The position numbers and the translations under genes were made by a program. A stretch of DNA of 63,926 bases, the filler included, from Octopus bimaculoides (lineage: Eukaryota), in NCBI RefSeq assembly GCF_001194135.2. It is 3 parts of 3 records of this genome, joined end to end, with 100 filler letters (N's around TTAATTAATTAA, not from the genome) between each part and the next. Parts side by side here need not be neighbours in the genome. Positions count along the whole stretch, not along the records: positions 24,688 to 38,665 come from NC_068982.1; positions 38,766 to 63,926 come from NC_069002.1; 1 more part is not named here. The stretch is one strand, 5' to 3'. Shown here piece by piece: positions 27,059-39,069 of the stretch (its first letter is position 1; the number at the start of each line of letters is the position of its first letter). Below the pieces are notes generated by a model, which was given only the letters and a program-made list of their open reading frames with translations, did no database searches and had not been told where the DNA came from.

Positions 27059-27561
27059 NNNNNNNNNNNNNNNNNNNNNNNNNNNNNNNNNNNNNNNNNN
27101 NNNNNNNNNNNNNNNNNNNNNNNNNNNNNNNNNNNNNNNNNNNNNNNNNNNNNNNNNNNNNNNNNNNNNNNNNNNNNNNNNNNNNNNNNNNNNNNNNNNN
27201 NNNNNNNNNNNNNNNNNNNNNNNNNNNNNNNNNNNNNNNNNNNNNNNNNNNNNNNNNNNNNNNNNNNNNNNNNNNNNNNNNNNNNNNNNNNNNNNNNNNN
27301 NNNNNNNNNNNNNNNNNNNNNNNNNNNNNNNNNNNNNNNNNNNNNNNNNNNNNNNNNNNNNNNNNNNNNNNNNNNNNNNNNNNNNNNNNNNNNNNNNNNN
27401 NNNNNNNNNNNNNNNNNNNNNNNNNNNNNNNNNNNNNNNNNNNNNNNNNNNNNNNNNNNNNNNNNNNNNNNNNNNNNNNNNNNNNNNNNNNNNNNNNNNN
27501 NNNNNNNNNNNNNNNNNNNNNNNNNNNNNNNNNNNNNNNNNNNAAACGCATATTATAACTG

Positions 27562-27662
27562 CATACTTTTATTCTGACATATGTTTCGAAGAATTACAAT
27601 TTATGCGATCCATAGGTATCGGCGATGTTAAAAATGTAAACTTCTCCTCAGGGAAAAGTATG
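27562..27662 (-). ncRNA. Type I hammerhead ribozyme (intact core, long stem II)
   Basis: CATACTTTTCC-CTGAGGA-GAAG(49 nt)CTTC-GAAA-CATATG-TC-AGAATAAAAGTATG. Palindromic stem III ACATATGT and GUC triplet. Predicted cut between 27576 and 27575. Confidence 0.75.
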
Positions 27663-27739
27663 GGAACCAGCTTAAACGTAAGACATTATAATCGAAAATG
27701 AGAACTATAGTTAGAGAAGGTTATAACGTAATTATATAT

Positions 27740-27782
<43 letters not shown>

Positions 27783-27944
27783 GTTTCTTTCATATGCATA
27801 TATCTAAAATAATATGTTCACTTTGGACTTCCTGTAACGCATGCACAATGATATACAGTAACCAACCGGGTTTAGCTGAAGTATACCTACACATATGTGC
27901 CCCAACAAAATTCTTTCCTCGTAACTTTCAGATACATGGATATT

Positions 27945-28360
27945 TATAAACGAATTTTTTTAGAAATATACTTCAGATGACGGAGATATGGTGTAGATTC
28001 AGATTATATTAGAATTTGTTGTGATTATAAATTTTTCGAAAAAAAAAAAAGCGATGTCCTTATGTAAGTGTGCTATTCCACCATTTGTTATTTGTGTATT
28101 AAATTCTGATATATTCATAAGCTACATTCTCCAAAAGGTATTTTTTTCAAAATCTTCATTTAAAAATACCTACTTTTCAGAAAGTTATGAGGAAACAAAG
28201 CCAACCCGTATGAAGTTTCTGAATCCCCCCACCCCCCCAACACACTTTTGTTTCACAACAAATTCAGATATAATCAGAATGTACACCATCTGAAACATAT
28301 TAATAGAAAATTTCATCGAAAAATATCCATTTATTTGGAAGTTATGACGAAACAAATTCA
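27945..28360. mobile_element. Foldback-like element copy (imperfect inverted arms)
   Basis: Unit 'cttcagatg..gtagatt..gaatttgttgtga' at the left end and its reverse complement at 28250-28360. Same family as 30095-30930. Confidence 0.5.
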
Positions 28361-28404
28361 GTGGGGGGGGGGAGTATTTGTTTATTCATGCCTATTGCTT
28401 AACA

Positions 28405-28709
28405 CAATGGTTCCCAAACATTTTTCGGGCTGCCGCCTCCTTGACATCTAGGCCACATTCCTAGCACCCCCACCCCAACTAACCATCACAAATATAGACC
28501 TCTTTCGGAAGCAAATTCAAAGCAACTGTATTTCACAAATAAAACTTAACGTTATGAACCCATTATTTTACTGTTTTTACATAAATCGCTACCCCATTAT
28601 CGCCCCACTTTTTACATGAACAGCTGCCCCACTTTTCTTCATCGGAACTTGGAACTTTCCACCGCCCCACCCATCCGTGGGTGGATACCGCCCACTTTGG
28701 GAACCACTG
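28405..28709. mobile_element. hAT-type MITE
   Basis: TIRs CAATGGTTCCCAAAC and TTTGGGAACCACTG. TSD GCTTAACA/CTTTAACA. Confidence 0.7.
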
Positions 28710-28744
28710 CTTTAACATAGGTAATATTAATATTACATTGCTAG

Positions 28745-28955
28745 AAGGTGGTGAACTGGCAGAATCGGTAGCACGACAGGCAAAATGTTTAGTGGCATTT
28801 CATGTTTTCACGTTCTGAGTTCAAATTCTACTGAGGTCGACTTTGCCTTTCATCCTTTTAGAATCAATAAAATAAGTACCAGTTGAGTACTGAAGGCGAT
28901 GCAATCGACTTACCCCCTCCCGGAAATTGCTGGCCTTTGTCAAAATTTGAAAACA
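28745..28955 (+). mobile_element. SINE family B
   Basis: Full head-to-tail match to the other copies. Confidence 0.8.
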
Positions 28956-29366
28956 AAATTACATTGTTATTAAATATTTACATATTAGCTTGCTTTGTTT
29001 GACTCTCATTTTATATGTAACGATATCTATTAGCGGTTCGGCAAAAGTGATAGATAGAATAAGTACCAGGCTTAAGGAATAAACCGTGGGGTCGATTTGT
29101 TTCACTAAAACCCTTCAAGGCGTAACTCCAGCACGGCCGGTGTGTTTTCCCACCACCACTGCTTGGCAATTGGTATTGGTTAGTTTACATATATTAAAAC
29201 ATACATATTCATACACACACACACACATATATATATATATACACATATGTACACTAAATGCAGTACCTGGCCTAGACAGCTTTATAAATACAGTCACATG
29301 AGTTCACTACATTTTGGAAATGCAATGGAAAAAAATAATAATTAAATAAAACAACCAAGCTTTACA

Positions 29367-29670
29367 TTAGTTCAAATATCTTTGGGACAATTTCAACTTC
29401 AAAAGACAATTTTCACTGCAGTTCACTGGGGAGAAAAAATTCTCACTCATGATAAACGGTCATTTATGCATTCCTGGCTCTTTCACCATCCTCTTTGGTA
29501 TTCGCTATTGAAGATGGCAAAGAACCAGATATGTACATCTAGCAGCCACAGGAGGCGCTTTGAGCTGATAATGGTGTATACCTTTTACTACGAGAATTTT
29601 TTTCTCCATGGTAAACTGCAGTGAAATTGTCTTTAGACGTTGAAATAAGTCCCAAACACATTTGAACTAA
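29367..29670. mobile_element. Palindromic MITE with about 80-bp imperfect TIRs
   Basis: 'ttagttcaaat..gggac..aaagacaattttcactgcagtt..ggagaaaaaattctc' is mirrored at the right end. Confidence 0.65.
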
Positions 29671-30094
29671 CTTGAAGTTTGTTATTTTCGATCACAGCCC
29701 TGTGTTATTACTTTAAAAAAATGGGGGAAAATAAATATTAAAAATAGGGAAATAAAAATGTTCCTTTTTTAATGGCACTAAATTTCTTTGCCTATCACAA
29801 TGTTGGCATATCATAATCTTAGAAGTATCACAAGATATTCAAAAAGTAGTACATTGCTTTAGAAAATAGCTCAAAATGTAAATTTGGGCACTAAAATTTT
29901 TTAAATAGGGTCAGAACTGTGCAATACACACCTTTCATGAAACTGGTTTTATTTTTGTCAAAATGTTTTATATGTTGGAGATTATGAATCTGCAAGAAAT
30001 TTGTGCAAATTCAATTTTATTTGACACTTCTTTCTCCATTTAACTCTTATTCTAATCTTAACTGTTTACCTTAAACTTTAATCATAACCTAACC

Positions 30095-30930
30095 CCAGTG
30101 GATATTTTTTTATGAAATTTTTTTACAAATATGCTTGAAGTAATGTGGATTCCGATTACACCGGAATTTGTTGTGAAAATAATTTTTTTCCTCATAACTT
30201 TCAGAAAAATGGGTATTTTTTTAATGAAACTTTCTACAGATATCTTTTAGATGGTGTCGATTACCATTATATCGGAATTTAATATGAAAGAAAATGGTGG
30301 GCTCGGAAACATACATACTTAACACACGACATCTATAAAATGAAACTTGAAATTTCGAAAAAAAATTGTGATGTATGTCAGTATGTGTGCTCAACAATTA
30401 TATTTTTCACTTTAAATTCCGATATAATGGTAATCTACACCAGGGGTTTTCAAACTTTTTGACTTGCGGACCCCTTTATATTTCAGGCTTTACCTTATAA
30501 ATGCTTATGAAATTTATACATAAATATTTGCTTAAAATAACATATATTTTTACATTTATTTATTTAACCGTATTTAACAAATAGGTTTATTGTCAATTAA
30601 AAGATTTCGATTAAAAAACATATATAAAATCAAATTGCCCATAAAAAGTATTTGCTGTCCACGGACCCCCTATCTTGTCCTTGCGAACCCTCTGAAAACC
30701 CCCGATCTACACCATTTGAAAGGTATTTGTAAAAAAAAAAATCATAGAAAAATATCCATTTTTCTGAAAGTTATGAGGAAACAAAATTCGTGTGAGTTTT
30801 CCGAAATTCCGTTCCCCTCTTTTGCAAAAAAATTTCTTCACAACAAACTCCGATGTAGCCGGAATCTACATCATCTGAAGCATACTTGTAGAAAATTTCA
30901 TTATTAAAAATATGCATTTTTTCTGGAATT
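30095..30930. mobile_element. Foldback-like element; each inverted arm has two tandem subunits
   Basis: 30100-30290 aligns to the reverse complement of 30413-30930 once the nested MITE is removed. Confidence 0.6.
30441..30704. mobile_element. hAT-type MITE nested in the foldback element
   Basis: Ends CAGGGGTTTTCAAAC and CTGAAAACCCCCG. Perfect TSD ATCTACAC at 30433-30440 and 30705-30712. Confidence 0.8.
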
Positions 30931-31414
30931 TACAAGAAAATGATGTTGGTAGGGAGATAATTGTGTAGGAATGTCGAAAATATATTCATGAATTGCCTGT
31001 AAGTCGGTTGTAAGCAATTAGCTAAATATTATAATTTGATATATTATTCGTTAGGTTCTTACCTTTAAAAATCAAAATTTTAAAGTGACATGAAACTAAT
31101 TTTGTTTAAAAAAAAGTGTAAAAAATACAAACGTGTAGATCTGAAGATGTAGCGCAATGGACTTCTTGTCGCTCAATCTCAAACAATTGCAGACGACACA
31201 TTTGGAACGCAGTGAATACCAAACCCGAATACGATTAGTCATCATTATTTTTATGTGTTCCCTCCACCCCACCTCATCACCATCACTACCTAATCAGGCA
31301 TATCTGCTTATGTACATACATGAATATTTTAAAAGATTGAAACTTTTTTTCTTTCTGCGTGTGAATTATAAGCAGAAAGATGTAGGGGAAGAGGAACGAA
31401 TTAAGCATTTACAT

Positions 31415-31540
31415 TAAATTCTTTACCCTTTCATTCTTTTGGGGTCGATAAATTAAGTACCAGTGGAACACTGAGGTCGGTGTAATCGACTAGTCCCCTC
31501 CCACCCAAATTTCAGGCCTTGTGCCTTTAGCAGAAAGGAT
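31415..31540 (+). mobile_element. SINE family B, 3' half
   Basis: 'tttcattcttttggggtcgataaattaagtaccag..ggccttgtgcc'. Confidence 0.7.
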
Positions 31541-31729
31541 TTTCTTTCTTCAAATTTTCTTCCATTTCTCGCCGAGTGTTTTCCGTACACCTAGGGCAGA
31601 GAAGCTCATTGTATGCATTCCCAGTTTACACACGCAAATTCATAGGTAAAATATGTACTTTTTAAAAAAAATTAATGAATAAATAAATTTATGAATGGAT
31701 GTTGTTTTCACAGCGATAATGCTCTTTTT

Positions 31730-32878
31730 ATTATTATTATTATTTTATGTTTGACTTTTGTCTTGCATTTGTACAAGTTGGATCCAAGTCTCACCCAGAG
31801 ACCTCAAGAGACAACAAGTTAGAAGTTCATGTAGGTGTTATGCCTAGGGTACCATATATTTGGATTTGTACAGTTTTGTTCTAGTGAATGTTTAAGAAAC
31901 CATAAGAAAATTATGTGTTTGCTTTAAANNNNNNNNNNNNNNNNNNNNNNNNNNNNNNNNNNNNNNNNNNNNNNNNNNNNNNNNNNNNNNNNNNNNNNNN
32001 NNNNNNNNNNNNNNNNNNNNNNNNNNNNNNNNNNNNNNNNNNNNNNNNNNNNNNNNNNNNNNNNNNNNNNNNNNNNNNNNNNNNNNNNNNNNNNNNNNNN
32101 NNNNNNNNNNNNNNNNNNNNNNNNNNNNNNNNNNNNNNNNNNNNNNNNNNNNNNNNNNNNNNNNNNNNNNNNNNNNNNNNNNNNNNNNNNNNNNNNNNNN
32201 NNNNNNNNNNNNNNNNNNNNNNNNNNNNNNNNNNNNNNNNNNNNNNNNNNNNNNNNNNNNNNNNNNNNNNNNNNNNNNNNNNNNNNNNNNNNNNNNNNNN
32301 NNNNNNNNNNNNNNNNNNNNNNNNNNNNNNNNNNNNNNNNNNNNNNNNNNNNNNNNNNNNNNNNNNNNNNNNNNNNNNNNNNNNNNNNNNNNNNNNNNNN
32401 NNNNNNNNNNNNNNNNNNNNNNNNNNNNNNNNNNNNNNNNNNNNNNNNNNNNNNNNNNNNNNNNNNNNNNNNNNNNNNNNNNNNNNNNNNNNNNNNNNNN
32501 NNNNNNNNNNNNNNNNNNNNNNNNNNNNNNNNNNNNNNNNNNNNNNNNNNNNNNNNNNNNNNNNNNNNNNNNNNNNNNNNNNNNNNNNNNNNNNNNNNNN
32601 NNAATTCACTTAGATATTCCTTTGCCTGTTTTGTTACTGAGTAAGATGCTTTCTTGCTTTCATGTTTTAAGACAAGTTTTAGCATCCAGTCCTCAGAGTT
32701 TTTCAGATAGGTGTCTAGGCCAATTGTGGCTACCTTCATTGATAATGGCAGCAGTAGAAGTCCTCGGCCTCCCTCTTTTCTTGGCAGATAAAGACGTTCT
32801 ATATCTGCCTTAGGGTGATGCATTCTATGCATTGTCAACAGTTTTCGTATTTTTCTGTCAACATTACATATTTCAGTA

Positions 32879-32880
<2 letters not shown>
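31730..32880 (-). mobile_element. 5'-truncated R4/Dong LINE flanked by (TAA)n on both sides (middle lies in a gap)
   Basis: MHHPKADIERLYLPRKEGGRGLL motif at 32605-32838. Apparent 3' UTR at 31745-31928. (TTA)n arrays at both junctions. Confidence 0.75.
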
Positions 32881-32952
<72 letters not shown>

Positions 32953-34899
32953 TTTTCCCATTTATTGAAAGATAGACTGTCGACTTATAGCGTTTAAGAC
33001 AATTTAATTTATAAACTCAGTCTTCATACTCCGAAAATACTCATTCAACATTTAAAAACAATTTCTTTCTTTCGCGAATATAGCGTTATAGTATATCTGT
33101 AATTAATAAATCTAAGATTTTACTGGGATTTTTTTTTTAATCAGCAAATGTGCCATATCACCGATGACATTCTCTTTTAAAAGATGAACCCTTACAAAAT
33201 TTCAGGTCCCTCGGTTGAAATACTGTAACCTACAACATACAACTTGGACACACGCGCGCACATAGAGAGTGCAGCATCAGCATTATTATTTCACGACCGC
33301 TTTCAATGTAGGTATGGATTAGACGGTACATGAAATAGGTAGCAATGAAGGTGGTGAGGAGCCGGAGAAGATATAATGAGAGGGTTAGTGGCTGAAAAAA
33401 TATGTGAGAGGTACCGTAGAAGTAGGGAAGACAGCGTTCATGCGGCAGAGAAGCCGTGAGGAGAGGGGCAGTAAGGGTAAAGGGCTGAGGAGTGAGGGAG
33501 AAGATTCTAGAGGAGCGTTGTGGAGCTGAGGATTAAGGCAGCCATCTTCACTACCCATATTAGCGTTCCTTGTGCTAAGCTTGCACTAGTATGCAGATTT
33601 TCTCCAGTATCACATGTTGTCAACTGTTGCAATCACTTACCATCTCTTTTGAGATTTAGCATTATGTCAGGAAGAGCACCCACCCTTTTTCACAATTTCG
33701 TCTCATGACTCTCTAGGTCTTTCTCTTCAACTAACATCACCCACTTTGAGCGCTCAGCATTTTTTAAGCAGCTGTCGTCATCCACACTCATCACATACCC
33801 AAACTAACGCAGTCTCTTTTCTTGCATATTTCATGTTTCCTCTTACAGCTTTTCTCTCAGGTCATTTTTTTTCTCCGTCCTTCATGCATACTAACGCTAC
33901 ACAACCAATAACGCATGTACACTATATTCCTTTCTACCCTTCAAGGCCTATAAATACTGGACTAAGTAGCAACGTACTCTGCACACAGATAACAGTCTGA
34001 CCTCCATTCTGAAGGAAAGGCACTTTGTTACTAGCACAATTTGTATTTTCCAGAACTTTTTCCCATCCATTCGTTCTCAGGCTAATATACTTTCAGAGTA
34101 CCCGACCCCAGCTAATAATTAGGTTATGTAAGTGACAGAAACTCTTGAATACTTCTAAGGAACTACCTAGGCAGATCGAAACAGTAATATTCAGGGTTCG
34201 AGACAGTAATAATCAAAAGATTTAATTTTCCAAGAAGTTCCTATGTATGGAACTGATTTTAGTAAATGAAGCGTACATAGAACTGCATTCACTTTTTAGA
34301 TAGAACAGCTTTCCTCTTGGTGTTCTACATTAACCAGAACGATACGAACTTCAATGATCCCCAGTTTTTCTTGTGTGCCCTTTTCCTAAACGCTTGTCCT
34401 AACAAGAATTAGAGCTCCATCACTGTTAGGTGGTCCAGCGGCGCATTCGTTCACCATGACGCGTATTTCTATGACCCGCACTCGTTCACCATCACGAGTA
34501 GTTCTATGACCCCACACAATTGCTAGATAGTCGTTGTCCCTACGATGGGCTCATCCGACCTTTTAAGTGGTATTGATCATTTTTATTCCATTTTATCATC
34601 TATTTATTTTTATCCTGATGCATTTGAGCAAACAGTCTCAGTGGCCGAGCCTTGTTGAGAGAGTTGGTCTAGTCGTTGATGACCCGACCATACAACAGGT
34701 TGTGTTGGACCACGTGTCACCAGTAACACTCGCAAACGACCTGACATGGGCTGGACAAGTCGTCACAATCCAAAACAGTTCTTATTAGGAGCCATTGTTC
34801 TCCTTGATAGGTATGGAGATGATATCTCACTTGCTCGTTCCATTTTTCCTATGGTTTCTAGAGACAGATGCCCTAAAACAGATCTAATCTAAAAGTCAA

Positions 34900-35690
34900 T
34901 AGCTTAAACCTTAAAGATGTTATGTCAATAATGCGAGCCATGCAGATTAGATTTGTTCTAGAGAGAAAAGCGAACGTGTACAAAAGCATTCCTAAATAAG
35001 GTAAAAATCCACATGAAGCGAAGAATAAAGATCTTGAATCACTTCAGTAAACAAATTAAAAATAGTGAGGAGTCTGGTTTAAAAGAAAGCGGGAGCACAT
35101 TTATACTTAACTATAAAAAAGATAGGGAAAAGAGTAATCAGGGCGGTAGAGGATATAAAAACGAATCCTAATTCTTTCTATAAATTCACAAAAGAATCAG
35201 CTTCAGTGCGTTACAAGATAGAGCCTTTGTGTGATGGAACTAGCCCAAAAGGATAAGTGAAATACTTAATAAGACCAAAAGGTTTTCACCCATCATCAAG
35301 GACATATGGAAATGAATCAGCAAGGTTTGTTTTCCGACGTAACAATTCTATATCGATAAGTGGTAACCATTAATTACATTGACAAAAAAGATCCTGATGA
35401 TTTCTCAGTAATTCTCTGAAAATCACGTAAGACTCGAGCAAAACTGCAGTAGATACCTCAGAAATGAACGTTGCTGCATAGTACTATAAATTTTACCTTC
35501 CCTAAGTACCAGAGATCCCAGACGAATCTACATCGTAGCAAGAAGCACAACTAAGAGTAACAGTATGAACTATCTCGATTAATCAGAAACTGACCACTGG
35601 AGGAGAGTTGTGAAAATAAAAATAATATTAATGGCAGTGCCCCAGCATGGCCACAGCCAATAAGCTGGGACAGGCGAAAGAAAATAAAGA
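34900..35690 (+). mobile_element. Heavily decayed CR1/L2-like LINE with deletions, including its 3' end
   Basis: Peptide VEDIKTNPNSFYKFTKESASVRYKIEPL, a C-terminal remnant near 35520-35590, and 3' tail 'gcagtgccccagcatggccacagcc'. Confidence 0.55.
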
Positions 35691-35796
35691 AAAAATATAG
35701 AGAGATATGCATTGTCACATATACGCACATACGTCGTATATTAATATAACACACATGCACATATACACATACGCGCGCGCGCGCGCACACACAATG

Positions 35797-36008
35797 GTTT
35801 CAAATTTCGGCACAAGGGCAGCAATTTCGGGGTAGGAGCTAAGTCGATTGCATTGCATTGACCCTAATGCCAAACTGGTACTTATTTTATCGACCCCGAA
35901 AGGATGAAAGACAAAATCGACCTCAGCGGAATTTGAACCCAGAACATAAAGACGGACGAGATGCCGCCAAGCATTTTGTCCGGCATGCTAACGATTCTGC
36001 CAGCTGCC
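35797..36008 (-). mobile_element. SINE family B
   Basis: Well-preserved copy. Confidence 0.8.
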
Positions 36009-37149
36009 CCCCCCCACACACACACACACACATGCACATATTATATTGATAGGAGTGAGGCTGAGAACTAAGCCCAACCTGCATGTTAAATTCTTCACTG
36101 AACTCATTACCAACTTTTACTTAGCTGACTGCATCTCTGTGCAAAGCATACACTATTCTTACAAGTCATTCATTTCCACGTAGCTTTCCCAAAGATTACC
36201 AGGCAACATGTCATGCTACCCGTCAAAGACCGTCACCAGATTAACAAATGCTAAATAGAGAGGTCTAATCGTCACAAAAAAATTCTTTAGCATTTGTCTC
36301 ACTATGAAGAGAACATCAGTAGTACTTTATTGGCACAAATCCGAAATGCATTTCATTTAAGCTGATCCTCTACCAAACTGTTCTAATATTCTTTTCATTA
36401 CTGTCATAAGCTGGTGCAACTGTTTGATACATCTGTAGGGAGCTGGATGTGATGTGCCATATCAATTCGATATGATGTAGCCCACTACTGAATGTAGCGT
36501 ATAGATGTAACGCTTCAAGGTTCTCGCGTCGGAGTAACCAGTGAACATCGAAGAATTAACACCAAGAAGGAAGAAATGTTATTTACATATATTTATTCGT
36601 TTACCCGACAAGTTGTTACAGAGACAGTAGCAATTCTAGTGATAGTGACGACAAAGATGACTCGCTGGTTAGTAATTGATATGTAGAAGAAGGATGTCTG
36701 TCAGTAGAGAGGGAAAGAGTAAGGTTGGCATGGTGCTGACTAGAAAGGATAAAGACGGCATCGTCTTTCTTGCGGCCGAAAGCTTCTCCTCGCATGTCAA
36801 GCGAAGGGCGAAGGGAAGTGGTGCTCTTGGTTAAGGCTGATGCAAAAGCGAGTGTTGCTCTTTGGTCTGGCTGACACCTAAGAGCCGGTGTTGCTCCTTA
36901 GTCATAGCTGACACATCAGAAGAAGAGATAGAAAATTCTCTGTTATATAGACTATGGTCAGTAATGTAGGTCAAACCTTAAACAAAGGACTGATCTTTCC
37001 TTGACCAGTACAGGTCCTAGGGAGTGGAGTGTTTCCTTATCAATCATCTAGTGTGGAGGATTTCCCGCTCGTTTTGACAAGCAACAAGCCGGTGGATTTG
37101 GTTTCAAATCTTAGGCAGGGTCAAGCTAGACCCTTACACATCTGTACTT

Positions 37150-38102
37150 GTTTCTTTGTAAAGCATCTCCTTTTCCCTCGTAGAAATGGACAATTATACG
37201 AAATTGGATGAAGATGTTTTGAAGGCAAAAATCAAAGAAAACTCAAATATCACTACAAAAGAACTTGCAGAAGAATTGGAAGCTTCTAAAAGTACAGCTC
37301 ATGAACACCTAATGAAGCTTGGATACATTTCTCGCTGTAATGTATGAGTCCGTCGCAAACTCTCAGAAAAGAATTGTTTGGACCAGTATTCTGTTTGTGA
37401 TATGCTTTTAAAACGGAATGAACGCATGCCTTTTTTGAAACAACTTGTGACTGGAGATGAAAAACAGATTGTGTACGAAAACGTAGTGCAAAAAAGATCC
37501 TGGAGTTTGCGTCAGTATCTCTCAAAACAACAACCAAAGACAAATATCCATGCCAAAAAATCTACCCTTTGTGTTTGGTGGAATCATAAAGGTATTATTT
37601 ATGAGCTTCTCCCACAGAACCAGACCAATTAATCCTCGTGTGTACTGTCGTCAGCTGGCTAATTTGGACAAAAAATTTTAAGAATTGAGGCCGGAGATTA
37701 CCAACAGAAAAGGGGTAAGGTTCCAACAAGACAATGCCCGACCCCATGTGTCTTCGGCTACCCGAACAAAGTTACATGGATTTGGCTGGGATCTCTTATC
37801 CCAGCAACCATATTCTCTTGATATTGTGCCATCCGACTACCACTTGTTTTTGTATCTACAGAACTCATTGCAAGGAAAAGCATTTAGCGATTTAGATGGA
37901 GTCAAAATGCTTCTTGATAACTTTTTTCTTCAAAACCAGTCGAATTTTATGCTGATGGAATATTTAAATTGCTTGATAGATGGGTAAAGGCCATTGATAA
38001 TAATGGAAATTATTTCATTGAATAAAATTTATTGAAAGGTCAATTATTTATATTCTTTTCTGCATATTAAAAAACGCTCAGAACTTTCCGGACAACCTAA
38101 TA
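37150..38102 (+). mobile_element. mariner (DD34D, mellifera-like) transposase pseudogene with 3' TIR, 5'-truncated
   Basis: FLKQLVTGDEKQIVYEN, LCVWWNHKGIIYELLPQNQT, FQQDNARPHVS, PYSLDIVPSDYHLF. TIR ends ..GGACAACCTAA followed by TA (38101-38102). Stops and frameshifts present. Confidence 0.9.
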
Positions 38103-38109
38103 ACATCAA

Positions 38110-38530
38110 AAACGAAGTGTGGGCAAGGATTATGGCAGCATTCACCAACAAGGAGACAGTCCAGAAAAGTTGCAGGAGATCCGAAATCGTCTCGAGGCCA
38201 TGGTTGAAGTTAATGGCGATTTTATTGAATAAATTTACTCTTAAGTGTTTCAAGATACAATAATCCCTCGACTATCGCGAGTGTTACGTTCCCAACCCCG
38301 TCGCAATAGGTGAAAATCCGCAAAGTAGAAACAGTACTGTACTGTATATTTTTTTAATTATTTTTATGATTTGTATAAATCTATTTTATTATAAATGCAG
38401 AACAACGTCATGAAGGAGTCGACGTGAGCTTAGATAATAAACCGCGATATAGCCAGGGAATACTGTATTTTTATGTAATTTTGGTAAATATATCAGTGTT
38501 ATTTTCATTTTTGCGTAATTTAGACGACAA
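38110..38530 (+). mobile_element. 3' end of the DD37D-type element (same family as 22552-22928)
   Basis: 'gcaaggattatggcagcattcaccaac..aatggcgattttattgaataaatttactc'. Homology resumes after the nested MITE. Confidence 0.75.
38258..38465. mobile_element. Tigger/pogo-like MITE inserted at TA
   Basis: TIRs CAATAATCCCTCGACTATCGCG and CGCGATATAGCCAGGGAATACTG, with TA duplication. The empty site matches the 22880 copy. Confidence 0.75.
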
Positions 38531-38537
38531 TTTATTC

Positions 38538-38660
38538 AGGCTCGAAACGTAAAAGACTTTCTCACCTTCCCGAGCATTAAACTAATACACCTGTTTGTTG
38601 TTTATACACCTGCCTTCGTCTATTGCTTTTTGGGGTTTTTTTTTGTAAATTCCAACTATA
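38538..38660 (+). mobile_element. PLE pseudo-LTR fragment
   Basis: Same unit as 390-499 and 48210-48320. Confidence 0.7.
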
Positions 38661-38665
38661 ATATA

Positions 38666-38765
38666 NNNNNNNNNNNNNNNNNNNNNNNNNNNNNNNNNNN
38701 NNNNNNNNNTTAATTAATTAANNNNNNNNNNNNNNNNNNNNNNNNNNNNNNNNNNNNNNNNNNNN
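38666..38765. other. Artificial 100-bp scaffold-join spacer (44N-TTAATTAATTAA-44N)
   Basis: Identical to 24588-24687. Confidence 0.9.
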
Positions 38766-38833
38766 GTCAGACCGGAAGGGTCAGACCGGAAGGGTCAGAC
38801 CGGAAGGGTCAGACCGGAAGGGTCAGACCGGAG
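38766..38833 (+). repeat. 14-bp tandem repeat GTCAGACCGGAAGG, about 5 copies
   Basis: Read directly from the sequence. Confidence 0.9.
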
Positions 38834-39069
38834 GTCGGTGACACGCCGTCGAAGGCTAGCATGTGGGGCCAGTCAGAAAACAGAGAGGTTACGAGATAGA
38901 CGTGTTCTGATCAGGAGCGATCGTGTACTCTGCTGCGGTCGACAAGGTAAGGTCCAACGTTTCATTCTGTCCTTTTGCTTCTTGTTGTCTTTTTTCCTCC
39001 ATCACACCACAATTCTTTTACTTAGTAGATGTTCAAGAGCAATAAACAGTGAAAATGTGCAGAAAACAA

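Noticed and set aside
34440-34515. About 35-bp imperfect tandem duplication; also a 12-13 bp repeat at 23622-23665
   Set aside because: Ordinary local slippage duplications with no further structure.
36577-36920. Possible solo LTR (TG...CA, GC-richer block)
   Set aside because: No TSD and no second copy in the window.
38766-38833. Short regularly repeated unit as a CRISPR-like array
   Set aside because: Pure tandem repeat with no spacers, eukaryotic context and no cas genes.
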